A stretch of 64,000 nt of DNA, taken from NCBI GenBank assembly GCA_964057225.1, contig OZ059897.1, positions 5,518,001 to 5,582,000 of the forward strand, given 5' to 3'. Position numbers and translations under genes: made by a program. The DNA is from Auanema rhodensis. Its lineage: Eukaryota; Animalia; Nematoda. The notes below the pieces were generated by a model. That model saw only the letters and a program-made list of their open reading frames with translations. It was not told the origin of the DNA and made no database searches. Positions 50,801 to 64,000 of the stretch are shown in pieces (the first letter of the stretch is position 1; each line of letters opens with the position of its first letter).

Positions 50801-52361
50801 CCCAAGTCACATTAGAATAGTTCTCGTCGTCGTCGTCTTCTTCTTGTGAATCTGTCTGTCTGATGTGATGTGTATATACGTATGCATGTGTATCTATGTA
50901 TGTTTCTGCTCTCCTTTCCTTGTTGTAATATAGAAAACGATGACAACGAAGGAGAAATGCTAGACCAAAGGGACGTCGTCGTCGACGTCTTTGCCTTCGT
51001 CCATCTTCACATCGTTGTCATCGTTGTCGCCCGGTATCATGGTCAGCATTATCATCATGATCAGGAGCGACACGTATTCTTCTCTAAGCATCTATAATGT
51101 TGATGATCACGTTAATTCTCGGTTTGTCTATGACCTAACTGATAGACTATCAGAAGTTAGACCATCTATCACAATTTGATTCGACTTTATTAATTTTGTT
51201 CAAAATAAAAATATATTTGAATTGCTATTCAATTACTATATTTTTATAATAATCTTTGAATCTTTTTTTTTTTTTTTTTTGTTAAATATTTTTATAAATT
51301 GTACTAAAACATTGCCTGTTTTGGATATATACAACTTCCGTTTATCATCTATCAGTTTATAATTCCCATTCAATACAACTGGCTTATAGAATTTCTTATA
51401 AGATCAAATTGCAAATAGTTTATGAAATCATCGAAAATCAACAAAAATAAAGATTATCTACTATCAATGCTATCTATGCTATTTATAGTTATTTTTTAAT
51501 TTTTTTCTTTTCATCTTTCAAACCTCTACTGTCTCTCTTTCTATTTCTCTCTCTCTTTTCTTTTTTTTTGTTAAATTCACATGATTATATTGAAAAACAC
51601 AAAAAGGTGTGAGGTAGTTGTCTTCGTTATCTCGTTTACAGCATAATCACAAGTGTTTTCTTTCCGAAAAATCATGTTTCATAGTGATATGGTATAACAG
51701 ATGTACTGAAGATATGCATTTTCTCTCTCTCTTTCTAATTCTCTCTCTCTCTCTCTACTTCTTCTTTCTTTTGTTCCTGCCCCTTTTCTACCCTTTCCTA
51801 CCTCTAACAATCATTGCCGAATCAAAATCATATTACTGTACTTATCCATTTAATAATTATTTCTTGTCTATGACATAATATGCTTCTAAAAATAATGTTC
51901 ATATCAAATTCATAGATAAACATTAAAAAAATAAATTTTTCTTTAATGTTTTCTAGATAACGTACGATACTCTCACATCTGCGTGCATTGAGTTTTGCCC
52001 GTCTGAGTGTCTAGGGCGATTTGATAAGTGAGTTACTGTAATCGGTTTAAAATCCTACAACATTCGTCCTTATATTCTTGAAAATTATTGTTATACTTAG
52101 ATATATACTATATATCTTATTGATATATTGATATACACACATACATGTATACTGTAACTATAATATAGTTTATAAAGGTTTCTTTTCAAAAATAGATAGA
52201 TGATGCCCAATGAACAACATTAGTTTTGTTCTTTCTAGCAAAGCTAATGTGATTTTCCTTATTCAGCAAGATAATTCTCGATCATCACATGACCAAAATA
52301 TCATTCATAAAACGATTTATTTTATGTCATGCTTTGTCTATTTTAAGATTTTCATGCTCTC

Positions 52362-52363
<2 letters not shown>

Positions 52364-52412
<49 letters not shown>
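52364..52412 (+). repeat. (CT)n microsatellite
   Basis: About 24 CT units. Confidence 0.95.
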
Positions 52413-52417
<5 letters not shown>

Positions 52418-52737
52418 CTTTCTCTTAGTCATTTAATTTTTCTTTAATTTTTGTTCTTCATACTTTTTCTTTTTTTTTGTATTTCTTTTTCATTTGTTAA
52501 GCATTCATTTTTTTTGAAATGTAACACTTAATCATTTCCAATCTTTTAATAACAACTATAACTCTAAATTTGTTTTTTTTTCTAGAAAAACAATCTGCGT
52601 GTGCGTGTGTTTGTGATCATTGGCTAAAAAGGCGAAAACGATCAAGAACAGCACGGCCGCCACAATAACGACGACAACGCCGCCGAAGCAGAAGTAGAAA
52701 GTCTCATCGGGAACAGTTCGAGATCTGTCATTAAAAA

Positions 52738-55700
52738 ATGTTTGAAAAGGAGAACGGAACCTGCACAACGACAGATGACAAAAATCCTCTGAATCCAACA
52801 TCAGTTGCTAGCAGCAAGGCCAAGGACGATACGTTGGAGGCCGGTGATAAAGGGTAATTTTGAAAACTTAAAAACCTTTTGATCGTTGAACCCATATTGA
52901 TTGTCATTATTATCATCATACTTTGGGTAATATAATGATCAGTACAATCAATCTATCCTACCCTACTAGCTAAATTCCTGTTATATTCCTCAATTTGTTT
53001 TCACTAACTTCATCAAACTCAACGACACGTCATCATCCAGTTAGATGCAGAAGTACAGGAAAACAATTCCTCTTGGTTATGTTAAATATTCTCGCTTACG
53101 GTATGAATATTCTCTGAATTTTTCTATTTTTATTGTTTTCCGCATCACGTTTTCGTTTCTTCATCTCTATTTCCTTAAACAATAGTTTGAACTTATCGAA
53201 CAAACTACATCATGGGGAAGAGGGGGGGATTCCCTTTCATTTTAACAATTAAGAACCGAAATTTGAATTGAACAAAAAACTTTTTTGAACATTATAATGT
53301 AAGTTTTTAAAGTTTTATGATTCATATTATTATTTTTAGAAAAAAAGTTTTTATTTTTAATTATAAATATATAAAGTTTATATATTTTATTTAAAACATA
53401 TAGTACATTGAGTAATGTTGCAACTTCATCTTTTTCATGATCATGTTAAGTATTGATGATCAATCTGATCATCATCTTTCTCTTATATTCTGAAGTTAAA
53501 ATCATCTGAATCATTTTAATTTATTAAAAAAATGTAATATTCTGATCATCTAAAGGTGATAAGTACATTCAAATCTATTTTCATAACCAGCATCTTCTCT
53601 TTTCGTTTTCTTGTTCTCATTGTTGCTTGACGTTGTCATCAGTGATGAAAACGAGGAAGAAGGTTGACGTCAACGCCAGAAATTGTCATTTCTGCTCTCG
53701 TCGTTCTCCATTCCCAAAGCCAAAACTAATAGTTTCCGTTACACTAAAAACCGGTCAGTAACTCAAAAGATAACGTGAAAATGGAAGAGAGAAATAGAGA
53801 GAGACAGATATGGAGTTGTCGACGACGTCGTCATCTATCAACGCCTCATTCCCCTGAGAAATTCAGGCGGATACCGTCCATATATGAACGGATTGGCCTC
53901 ACGAGTTGGTATCACATTCAATAATCTTATTCAAGTTCTTTGTAACAAAAGAAAGCAAAGTGAGTATGATTAAGATTCTTGTACTGTACCTGCTATTTCC
54001 CTTTTGACCCTTTTTTCGGAAGAAAAGATTCATCAAACGTTCATTTGATACACATAATATGATTTGAGTCAAAGTTATTTTAGTGTTGTCAAACAAGAAA
54101 AAGATAATTTTTGAATTATAATTCTCAAATAATTACAGTATTTCTGATAATATTGTAGAATATGATGAAATATAAAATTGAAATGACATTCCAATAAAGA
54201 AATGATTATGAGTTTCCTTATTTAGAACTCAAATTCTTGATATGATAAACTGATACCCAGATCGTAGTTATAGAGAAATTTTGTATTTTTAATCTTTCTT
54301 ATCAGCTAATTTTTAAGTTTTATCTTGTATGTATGTTTATGACTCTTGGAAACAAACTATTTTTATCCCAAATTGCAAGAAAGTCAAAGAATTTGAAATT
54401 ATACAGTTCATTCTCATTTTTATATAAAATTATAACTTTTAAGAGGTTTTTTCTTTGTAAATATGGTCAAAACTAAATATCTTAACTCTTCTACATCTTT
54501 TCTAATCTGGTATTTTATAACCGGAAACTGACGTGACGGCATATAGTTATATGTGTAGTTAAGGATTGGATTTACTTTGGCTTGATTGGAACAGAAATGA
54601 TCAATCTAAAATATTTGTTATATCTTGAATCAGAGCCGTTCTCTCCAATCACTCTTCATATATCTCTCTCTCTCTATCTATTTCTCTTCCTTGGTATTGT
54701 TGTCATCAATCATCTTATAAGGATGTTTCCGGTACCTTCAGCATAGAAATCAATGTTATTGCTCAGGATGATTAAATTAGATCAGCTCTCATCGTTCACA
54801 GTTCAATCCAGTTAGGCAAGGGAATCCCAAACCTTACTTCTTCTCCTTTTTCTTAATCTCTCTCTTTCTCTCTCTCTCTAATTGTCTCTTTCCATACAAG
54901 GGAATGAATGACTAAAAAACCAGACATAACTATCAATCAATATTGTCATTTTTCCATAACAACATATCAAAATGAATTACATCTGTAACTTTATTTCTAA
55001 TAAACTGGTACTCTATCTTAGCTATCCTCTCTATCTTTCACATACTATTTCTTTATCTTTTTTCGAAAATTATCAGCTTTATGTCTGTATATTAATGATT
55101 GATCGATGAACGTTCAAGATATTGTCTTTGGACTTACGGTATCGGAACAGGCAGTTGACCGCGTCGCGATCGCTCGCTTCGCAGACGAAACCCTCGAGGC
55201 GACGTCACTGATGGATTGGTAGTTTCTCCTTTGCTTGTATCACCTCATATTCAAGAATATCAAAACATTACTTTAATCTTATCAAGCTTTATTCTCTCTA
55301 AAATATAAGATTCAATGGCAGTCTTTGAATTACTCAGGTATGTTTTTATACATTAAATCTGTCTCTCCGATAAATCTAAAGATGCAAATCATGGACTCTT
55401 AATGACGTTATTTGTAGATTTTATCAAAGGTTTCTAAATTTATCTTGCTAAAATAATTTGAAAGCATCTACATAGCAATATCTTTTTTTATTTCCAATTT
55501 GAAGACAATGAAATTCATATTCTTGAAGTGATTTCAGTTGAGTTGTTACAGACAATTTTTATCAGATTTTTGGTAATAACATAGACTACTTAATAGATTC
55601 TTTATTTCTGATAATATATTTTCCTCGATTCCTTTTATGAATATCAATACTTTTGGATTTTTTTTCAATTTTTTTGATCAATTTCCATTTCTAGTAAGCA

Positions 55701-58700
55701 TTGTCAATCAATATACATCGAAATTTCATTGTGAAATATATTGGCCCAATAGAACTAAGAACCGGTTGGCAAATAGTGCTATGTGAATGAATTGTGTATT
55801 GAGAATTGGAAATGAAAAAAAAAAACATTTTTTTTAAGGATAATTGACTAAGATGTTGTCAGAGTTTAAAAAGTAATATGTGTAAAACCTTGAGGACGTT
55901 GGAATGACAGATGGACTGAGAGATTGAACAGATTTAGTTATATGAATCCAGTTGTTATAACTTGGAGAAATTAAAAAAAATACGAAACGAATACAAAAAG
56001 AGAGAGAGAAAAGACAGACAGATAGATGTGAAGTAAGGATACACCATGAGAACAAGGTTCAAATGATGTCATAGATTGAGATAAATAAATTTGATGAGCT
56101 TCAGTGTCCGGTTAATGAATGTATGAATGAATGTTCAGCTAACATTTACTGTAGACTCATGTTGGAAAAAGCGTTGTATGTTTCCAACTTTCAATATAAT
56201 TTAATAATTTTCTTTTGCTTATACCATTAAACCATTAAAGTTTTACTTTTTAAGCTTTTTATTTGACATCATTCTTTCATTTTCAAATATTACGGTAGCG
56301 ATTTGATATGAAAGAAAATTAGTATCAGTGTTGTCAAATCAAATAATTATAAATGAAATGATATGTATTATCTTTCATTTCTTTCTATTTCTCAGATATA
56401 TTTTTAAAATTCTTTTTCATTTCATTGAAAGAAAATAAATTTCATTGAGGACCAATTACCGACGATTTCACTTCAAAGATCGTATCGTCATGTATAGATT
56501 TTCTTCTAATTTGAATAACAGTTTTATGTTATTTCTTTGAAGCAAAAAAAAGATTTTTAAACTCAAATCAAAGCTTGAATGTCACTTTCGATTTCCATTT
56601 CAATTCTTAAAATACTTTCACCTCTCCTTGAATGTTTTAACTATCGCAACAATCTATTCCATGTTGTGTCTTTTATTTTTTCAAAAATAAAACGAAAATG
56701 AAGCGCTTCATTGTCTATCAAATTCCTCAATTTTTCATATTTCACCCAACAATATTCATTAAAAAATGGTTAATGAATAAATTAAATAATGAGTTGAAAT
56801 AAGAATTTATAAGAATTTTTTTTATAATTTTATATTTTTAGCACTGATAATCAGGAACAGCAAGGCTTGCTGGATGATGATGATGATGAGCATGATGAGC
56901 AAAATGACGAAGATGATTATGACCAATATGATCAAGAAAATTACTATTTGGATGATCCGAAGCCATCTCGTAAAGAAACAATGGAACAATTCCTACATCG
57001 TATGTTATTGCTTTAACTATATCATATAGTTTATTTATTTTTTCTTTAGGACAATTTCGAAATGTCGTTCATTTCCTTGTTGAAGATTGGTTTTTAAGTG
57101 CTATGCTTGGTATTATAACAGCTATATTATCAATTTTTATGGATGTAATTATTGAATATATGCAGCATTGTATAATATAATTTATATAATTTATACTAAT
57201 TTTAATATAATTTAAGATAAAGTTTACTTGTATACAATGGCGAGTGAACGCAGTTTCACATCTGGATTGGCTACTTGGATCCTATTCAGTACAATACTTG
57301 TAGGCTTAGCATCATTCTATTGTTATGCATTCGGAAAACAAGCTGTTGGTATGTTTAATATGAAAATCATTTTAATTTTTAAAAACTTCAATAATAGGTT
57401 CTGGAATTCCTGAAGTCAAAGTTATTATCCATGGATTTGCTTTAAAGAATTATCTCAGTTTTCGAACTTTAATAGCTAAAATAGTTGGTTTAACATTATG
57501 TCTTGGTGCGGGAATGCCAATCGGTAAAGAAGTAAGCTTTCATCTGAAGTTAGATTCACAATAAAATTCTTTTTTCAAGGGACCATTTGTACATATTGGA
57601 GCTATTGTTGCAACTTTATTAACGAAAGCAACCGAGGCTTGTCAATATAATTCATTTTTTTCTAACGAAGGTCGTCAGATGGAAATGCTTAGTACTGGAT
57701 GTGCTGTAGGAATAGCTTGTACTTTCTCAGCACCAGCTGGAGGTTAGAATACTTGCTTTAACTAAGAATTACCAATCATGTTATTCCATTTTAGCTGTAT
57801 TATACGGTATTGAGTCAACATCTAAATACTTTGCCGTCAAGAACTATTGGAGACAATTCTTTGCTACAACATGCTCCGCAATCATTTTCCGTTTTGCGAT
57901 GTCAGCTATTGTACCTCGTCATATTGGTAACCAACTTTAAAAAACTTAATTAGCAACTTAATTATAATTTAAGCTGGAACTATTATGGCATATTATCAAA
58001 CAACATTCCCAAATGAAGTATTTCTTATTGAAGAAATTCCATTCTTCTTACTATTAGGGTAAATTCAAAAATTTAATTTTTCAAATATTTATAATTAAAA
58101 ATATTTTTCAGAATTGTATATGGTTTATTGGGAGCTACTTTTGTATTTGTTCATCGTCGTATTGCCACATTCCGTAAACGTAATCGTGGATATGTGAAGA
58201 TATTTGGTTCCAGGTAAATTCTAAATTCTAATTTTTTTCTTGAAAAATATATTTTTCAATATTAATTTTGTAATTTAAAAAAAAATTTAGACCTGTTGCA
58301 TTCACCATTTTGATGGCTTTCATCTATGCTGTAGTATCTTGCCCTGATGGTCTTGGACAATACTTTGCTGGACAAGTAATCAGATTTTTTCATTTTTTAT
58401 TGAAAATTAATTATTTAATTACAGTATACCTTCCGTGAAACATTAGTTGATTTCTTAGCTAATTGCACATTCTCGGCTTCACCTAATGCTACAAATGCTT
58501 GTCCACCTGAAATCTTAAGACATTGGACATCATACAGTAGTGAATTCCATCCCCTATCATCATTATCTATCTACTTTGTCTTTTATGTGAGTTGAATTTT
58601 TATTTTTTTTTTAATTTTATCTATAAGCTTTTAGTTCTTCATGGTGGCTTTATTCGTTTCTCTTTATTGGCCCGCTGGTATTTTCGTTCCTTGTTTCGTT

Positions 58701-60989
58701 ATTGGAGCCTGTGGAGGCCGAATCTTTGGAGAAGTATGAAAATCAAACTTGTTTCCATTTTACTTTGAAATATTTTAGGCTTTGGCTACTTATTGGCCAG
58801 ATGGTTTCCGTGGAATCGATGGTCCACAGATTTATCCCGGGCTTTATGCTGTAGTAGGTGAGTACAAGAAGACATGAAATTAGTTGTTCAAATTTGAATT
58901 TCCAGGTGCTGCTGCATTTACCGGATCAGTTACTCATTCTCTCTCCTTAGCTCTGATTGTATGTGAAACAACTGGACAATTATGTGCCCTCCTTCCTGTT
59001 CTTGTAAGAAATTTCAATGCTCAAAGTCAAAAATGGTTAATGTGATATTTCAGATTGCTTTAATGGTTGCTAATGCTATCAGTAGTTTCTTACAACCATC
59101 TATTTATGAAAGCATTATTAAGATTCAAGGATATCCATATCTAGCTGATCTTCCACCTAGTCGTATTAGGTTTGTTTTAAATTTTCAAATTTAACTATAA
59201 CATATAATACATGTCATATAGTATATAATATTTAATTTTAGTGTTCATACTATGAAAGTTGATCGTGTTATGGTTCGTGATATTGTATTTATCACAAAAG
59301 AAACAACATATCGTGAGCTTCGTGAAATTCTTCTTGAAACTCCTACACTCCGATCGTATCCATTTGTAACTGATCGCAGTATGTGTCTCAATATAATTAC
59401 TCAATTCATCTATTATTCTTTCAGAAACAATGGTATTATTGGGTAGTGTTGGCCGTAGGTATCTTATTTATCTTTTGGAAAAGAAGCTCGGACCTGATCC
59501 AATCAATCTTAGCAGAAACGGACGTCGTAGTAGACGCGCTTCTGAAATTTTCAACGTCGTTGCTCCATTCAGGTATTTCATATACATCAGTTAGTCATTC
59601 ACAAATTGTTTAATTCAGACGTGGTTCTTCATTCACTAATGCTAATCATGCTTTGAACAATCATCAAGTTCTTACTGATCGTCAAATCAGTGGAAATACT
59701 CTGTTGGCTCATTCACCTTTACATGAAGATCGTGGATCTCGTGGTCCATTAGCTGGCCTTCTATATAGCCAAAATGAACCAACATCCTCAGTGGTATATT
59801 GAAATGTTTTTCTGAATTTTCAGTTAAAATCATATTTTCAGCCTTCTCTTGCTCGTCGTGCCGAGATCTTATCATCTAAGCTTGATCTTGATGATGTAGC
59901 TATTGATCCAGCTCCATTCCAATTGGTCCGTGGAACATCCCTTTACAAGGTGAGTATTGTAAAAATTTTCATTTTTTATCCTTAATTTGTGAAAAAAACA
60001 TTATAAAGGAAGAGTTGTTTTTAGTTTTTATTGAATAATTAATTTAGGTTCACACTTTGTTCTCTCTTCTTGCTCTTAATCATGCATACGTTACGGAACG
60101 TGGTCGTTTGATTGGAGTTGTTGCTTTAAAAGAGGTATGTGTATTGTTTCTATAATATCTTTAAAAGATATCATATTATTAATAATTCTTTATAAATAGC
60201 ATTAATATACTTTAATAATAATGAAAGACAAGTTCTTTTTCGTTATAAACGATTTAGCTAAAAGCATATGTATATAATAAAAGAAAGAAACGAGTAGCAT
60301 ATACATACATATAGATAGATAGATAGATAAGTTGATGCTTGTATGATTGTTTTGATGGTCACACCATCAAACACTATTATATACTATATATACTATATAT
60401 GTATATATGTATATATAATATTATATTTTTTCATGTAAAAGTGAAAGTGCAAAGCTTATTTCACGTGATTTTACATTTTATGTCAAATGTAATTAATGAT
60501 TTGAACATTAACGATAATGAATGATTGTGTATAGTTAACAATTATGATATTGCTTCAAATATCATACAACATGATTTGTAGCATGATTGACAACTTGAAA
60601 AAACGTTTTCAGTTATTTTCAAAAACAAAATATTTTATTTTATCTATTAATGCTATCATTATAAATCTATATTAGGGAAAATTGTCTTGATGAACTACTT
60701 ACACAAGATTGAGATGAATCAAAATCTAACCTATGTGATTTTCAGCTACGTGAAGCCTTCAACAACATTTACTCTCGGGGAGCTGTGCCAGTTAATCCAC
60801 GTGCCAGAACTGCTTCAGTATTTCGTCAAGATAATGGAGAAGCCAATGGAGATCAACCCATTCAAAATACCCATACTGCTAACGAGTAAGTTTTTGTAAA
60901 TATGCTTGAAATTTAAATTAAATTTTTATTATTTCAGGCTTGTTCATATAGAAGTTCCAGCAATAAATATTCACCGACATAGTCAATAA
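52738..60989 (+). CDS. clh-4: CLC-type chloride channel with CBS domains (CLC-2-like, clh-4-like); common exons start at 56842, with several alternative first exons
   Basis: GSGIPE, GKEGPFVH, GIFVP, ETTGQL, IYESII and the CBS pair are present. Segments such as [20 protein letters not shown] and [13 protein letters not shown] match my recollection of C. elegans CLH-4. Confidence 0.85.
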
Positions 60990-63900
60990 GCTGCCTTAAA
61001 ACTTCATTTCAAGAGAAAGAAAATTATAAAAAATGGCAATGAAATTCAATATTTTCATCATGAGAATTCTTTCTTCTTTTTTTTTTGATTTTATAACGAC
61101 AAATCAAAACAATTTTTGGTGCGATTAGAAATACTTTATTGATATTTCGGGTATATCAAATCGTCAAAAATGTTATATTCTATTACTTTCATATTATTTT
61201 TTTTCTTTTCAATCTATTATAACTATTTTTAAAAAATTATAATTATAATATATTGAAAATTGAAAAAAGAAAAACAAGGCTAAAGCTGTAGCTTCTTCCT
61301 ATCTAATAATCCCATTTTATTTTTGTTTTTCTGATTTATCATTTCCAATTTAAAAAGGAAAACATCAATATATACATTCTCGCACCTATGTATATGAAAG
61401 ACAAGTTTTTTCCGGAAATTCTTTAGTTTCATTCAGATTCTGCTTTCTCGAACACTGGTCCCTTCACCTTCATTTATGTACATTCTGTCTTTTTTTTCTT
61501 GAACATTATAATATTCTTTGTTTTATGTTCAATTTATTAGTGTCAAGCCTCATTATATGTGATTCGCTGCTCATCATGATCCTGCTCAGTTCGTACTTCC
61601 ATGTACTCTTCTCGATGTTGTTATATGAGTTGTATTAACATAGCTCATTGCAGCTTAAGCTTCATCTTATCATCCTCAATCATTATTCAAAATATCTTTT
61701 ATGAGATATAAATAGAGATAAGATGTTAAGAAGAAACAGAAACAGTTATTTTCATTAAAATGAAAGTCAAATATGAATAGTTCTTATATGCTTTCTTAGA
61801 TCTGAAATATATAAAAATTGTTTTTAATAATCTTAAAAATGAAGAAAAACACTGTGTGTCAATTCTAATTAAGATGATCATTATATTACTTTATATTATA
61901 CTTTTATATTATAATAAATATTATAATTTGTATATTTAATTGAAATTTTATATAATTTAAACCTTATATATGAAATATTTTACATAAATATGAAAAAATC
62001 AAATCGTTAACTATACTATATATGAAGATACATACATCCAAACATCCATACATCCAGAGATATATCTGTATATGCTAACATCTATTGATATATCTATGTT
62101 TCTCTTTCTGTTATAGCTGGTAGAAAATAAAATATTTTAAATTATGACAATAACATTGTTATAATTGATGTCAATTATCATAGAAACACATTCAATATGT
62201 GAACTTTTAGTTGAAAAGTTTTGAAAAAATATTATTATTAGGCTGAGTTATAGAAGTTTTTTTTATTTTAAAAATTAAACAATATGTTATAAAATTATTA
62301 TTTATGATATTTTACATTTGATAATAAGTATGTATACAATTAATAGAGGGAAGAGAGGGAGAAATAGAGAGAGAGAGAGAGAAAGAGGTAAAAGAGGGAA
62401 AGAAGAAGGACATACAGTCAAAATCCCGATAAAAATTATTGTTCTGTTTGTTATTCTTGTCGATTAGTTGGCAATTGCCTTCACGTTACCATCATTCATC
62501 ATGTTGAATACGGTTGTGAAACACAGAAAAAGAGGAAAATCATTGATATATCCTCGAATATTATCTATATTTGATCATTCTCCCGTATATTATTTCAATC
62601 GAAAAAAATAGAAAAAAGCCAAATATCATGTGTTACATGTTGAAACATCATTCTATTTTTCATTTCAAATTCTTTATTTTCTTTACAGTATATCGACATT
62701 TATTTCTTTTTTTTCTTTGAGTTTTTGAAATTTGAACTGTCACGTAATTTAAATTACAATATAAGCTTCTCATTTGATCTATCTATTCTGATAAAAAATT
62801 TGTTGAACCGTTATAAGAACGTTATGTAAAGCATTATCATATCAAAGTTCATTGAGTAATTCCTTGTAAATTCTTCTTGTAAATATCAAAAGTTTTCATG
62901 ATAATGCCGCTATATATTTACATATGTGTTTCGAGCCTTTACTCTCTCTTTCTCTCTCTCTATCTTTTCCTCTATTTCTCTCTTTTCTTTATTTTTCTCC
63001 TCATCTCATTGTACCTGACCGGTAAGTTTAAGAGACACAACGATGCTTCGGTATTATAAGATTAAACTTTGTTAGATCAATGTTATAATTAATTCGAAAC
63101 ATTACAAATATACAAAGTATGATTATTCAGCCATTTTCATTTTTATTTTTAATCAAATATATCTGAAAAGTTTGACAAAATAATTATGTGATTAAAGTTC
63201 ACAGAGTTTAAAATATCAAAAATTAACAAGAAAAAAGCTTTTTCCTTTTCATATCTTGGTACACATGTCCTCAGCTTTCATATTAATAGGTACTAAAATC
63301 GAAAAAAAAAGACTTGAATAGCTTTGTATGTGAATGAAGGAGAGGAAAATATTTATTTTTCTCAATTTTACTTTTATATTGAGATGAAAGTTAAGAAAGT
63401 TTATTGAGAAAAAAAATCTTTAATTGGTAATAATAAAACATTTTTTATATGAAAATGATGTTGACATTTTCTATAAATAGATTTCAATTTTTCTATTAAT
63501 ATCAAGTAATAAAATATTTTTTTTTATTTATTTAAAGTTATAAAAATATGTTTAAGCTTCTTTGAATATTTCTTTAATTTTTTTTTCAAAAAAAAAAAAA
63601 AATATTCGTTTAATTGTTATGAGAAGATTTTCCTTCCTTTCGATGTAACGAAACATCACCTGATTTTCTTTGAAAGAGAGAATAAAACTGAACAACTAAG
63701 TGAGGTTAAAAAGGAAAGAAAAGAAGATAGAGAGAGACTGAGAGAGACTGAGAGAGATACAAAGAGAGAGAGAAATTTTTCTTTTCTCTTCATATAGCCA
63801 TTATGTAAAATTATCTATCCTCTTCTTCTTTCAATGATTGATATATGATGTATGTACATTTCACATTTGTATTCATTATGTCAAACTGTAAATGATTTGA

Positions 63901-64000
63901 TTGTGTCTAATTGACCATATCACTCCTGACTGATTCTATTTGTATTTTTAAAGAAAAGTTCACCGAAAAGAAGATAATAAAATTGGATGTTACATATCTT

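Noticed and set aside
51610-51632. TGAGGTAGTTG, a let-7-like 5' end
   Set aside because: There is no complementary arm nearby, so no hairpin.
9941-52428. ORFs rich in ER or LS dipeptides (e.g. 9941, 24282, 24488, 46581, 47771, 52210)
   Set aside because: They are translations of (GA)n/(CT)n microsatellites.
53850-53870. CCCTGAGA, a lin-4-like seed
   Set aside because: Only a tiny stem is possible, and it lies inside a candidate CLC first exon.
63001-63027. Strong donor CCG|GTAAGT near the window end
   Set aside because: No ORF or downstream exon is identifiable within the window. It may be a non-coding exon of the next gene.
1-64000. Transposons, tRNA/rRNA, CRISPR arrays, telomeric TTAGGC arrays or DNA-elimination motifs
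   Set aside because: I saw no transposase or RT coding, terminal repeats, cloverleaf, spacer array or telomere run, only isolated TTAGGC hexamers.

Overview
AT-rich eukaryotic DNA with many 40-60 nt GT-AG introns, which reads as a rhabditid-type nematode genome. Most ORF-track entries are exon fragments or noise, so I rebuilt the genes by hand from splice sites. Eleven protein-coding genes are supported: a secreted cystatin-like protein (-), gamma-glutamylcyclotransferase (+), a 14-exon LEA/dur-1-like repeat protein (-), an uncharacterised protein (-), a degenerate Rossmann/3-hydroxyacyl-CoA-dehydrogenase-N-like gene with a 6.7-kb intron (+), two tandem cationic amino-acid transporters (+), a GT11 alpha-1,2-fucosyltransferase (+), a DUF268 methyltransferase-like protein (-), a C-type lectin (-) and a CLC chloride channel resembling clh-4 (+). 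The most interesting signals are non-coding or structural. (1) Two miR-2/miR-43-seed (UAUCACAG) pre-miRNA hairpins with unfamiliar 3' halves lie antisense inside the 6.7-kb intron, with their own GC-box/TATA promoter and a mirror-image promoter 2 kb away. (2) An Sm-site RNA with SmY architecture lies antisense in the last intron of only one transporter paralog. (3) Five to seven phase-matched alternative first exons feed the CLC channel. (4) Two adjacent genes have 20 introns that are all phase 1. (5) A tandem (C/T)ACGTGA motif recurs every 4-11 kb. (6) A fucosyltransferase/methyltransferase/lectin trio sits together. All coordinates were read by eye and may be off by a few nt; no searches or folding programs were run.
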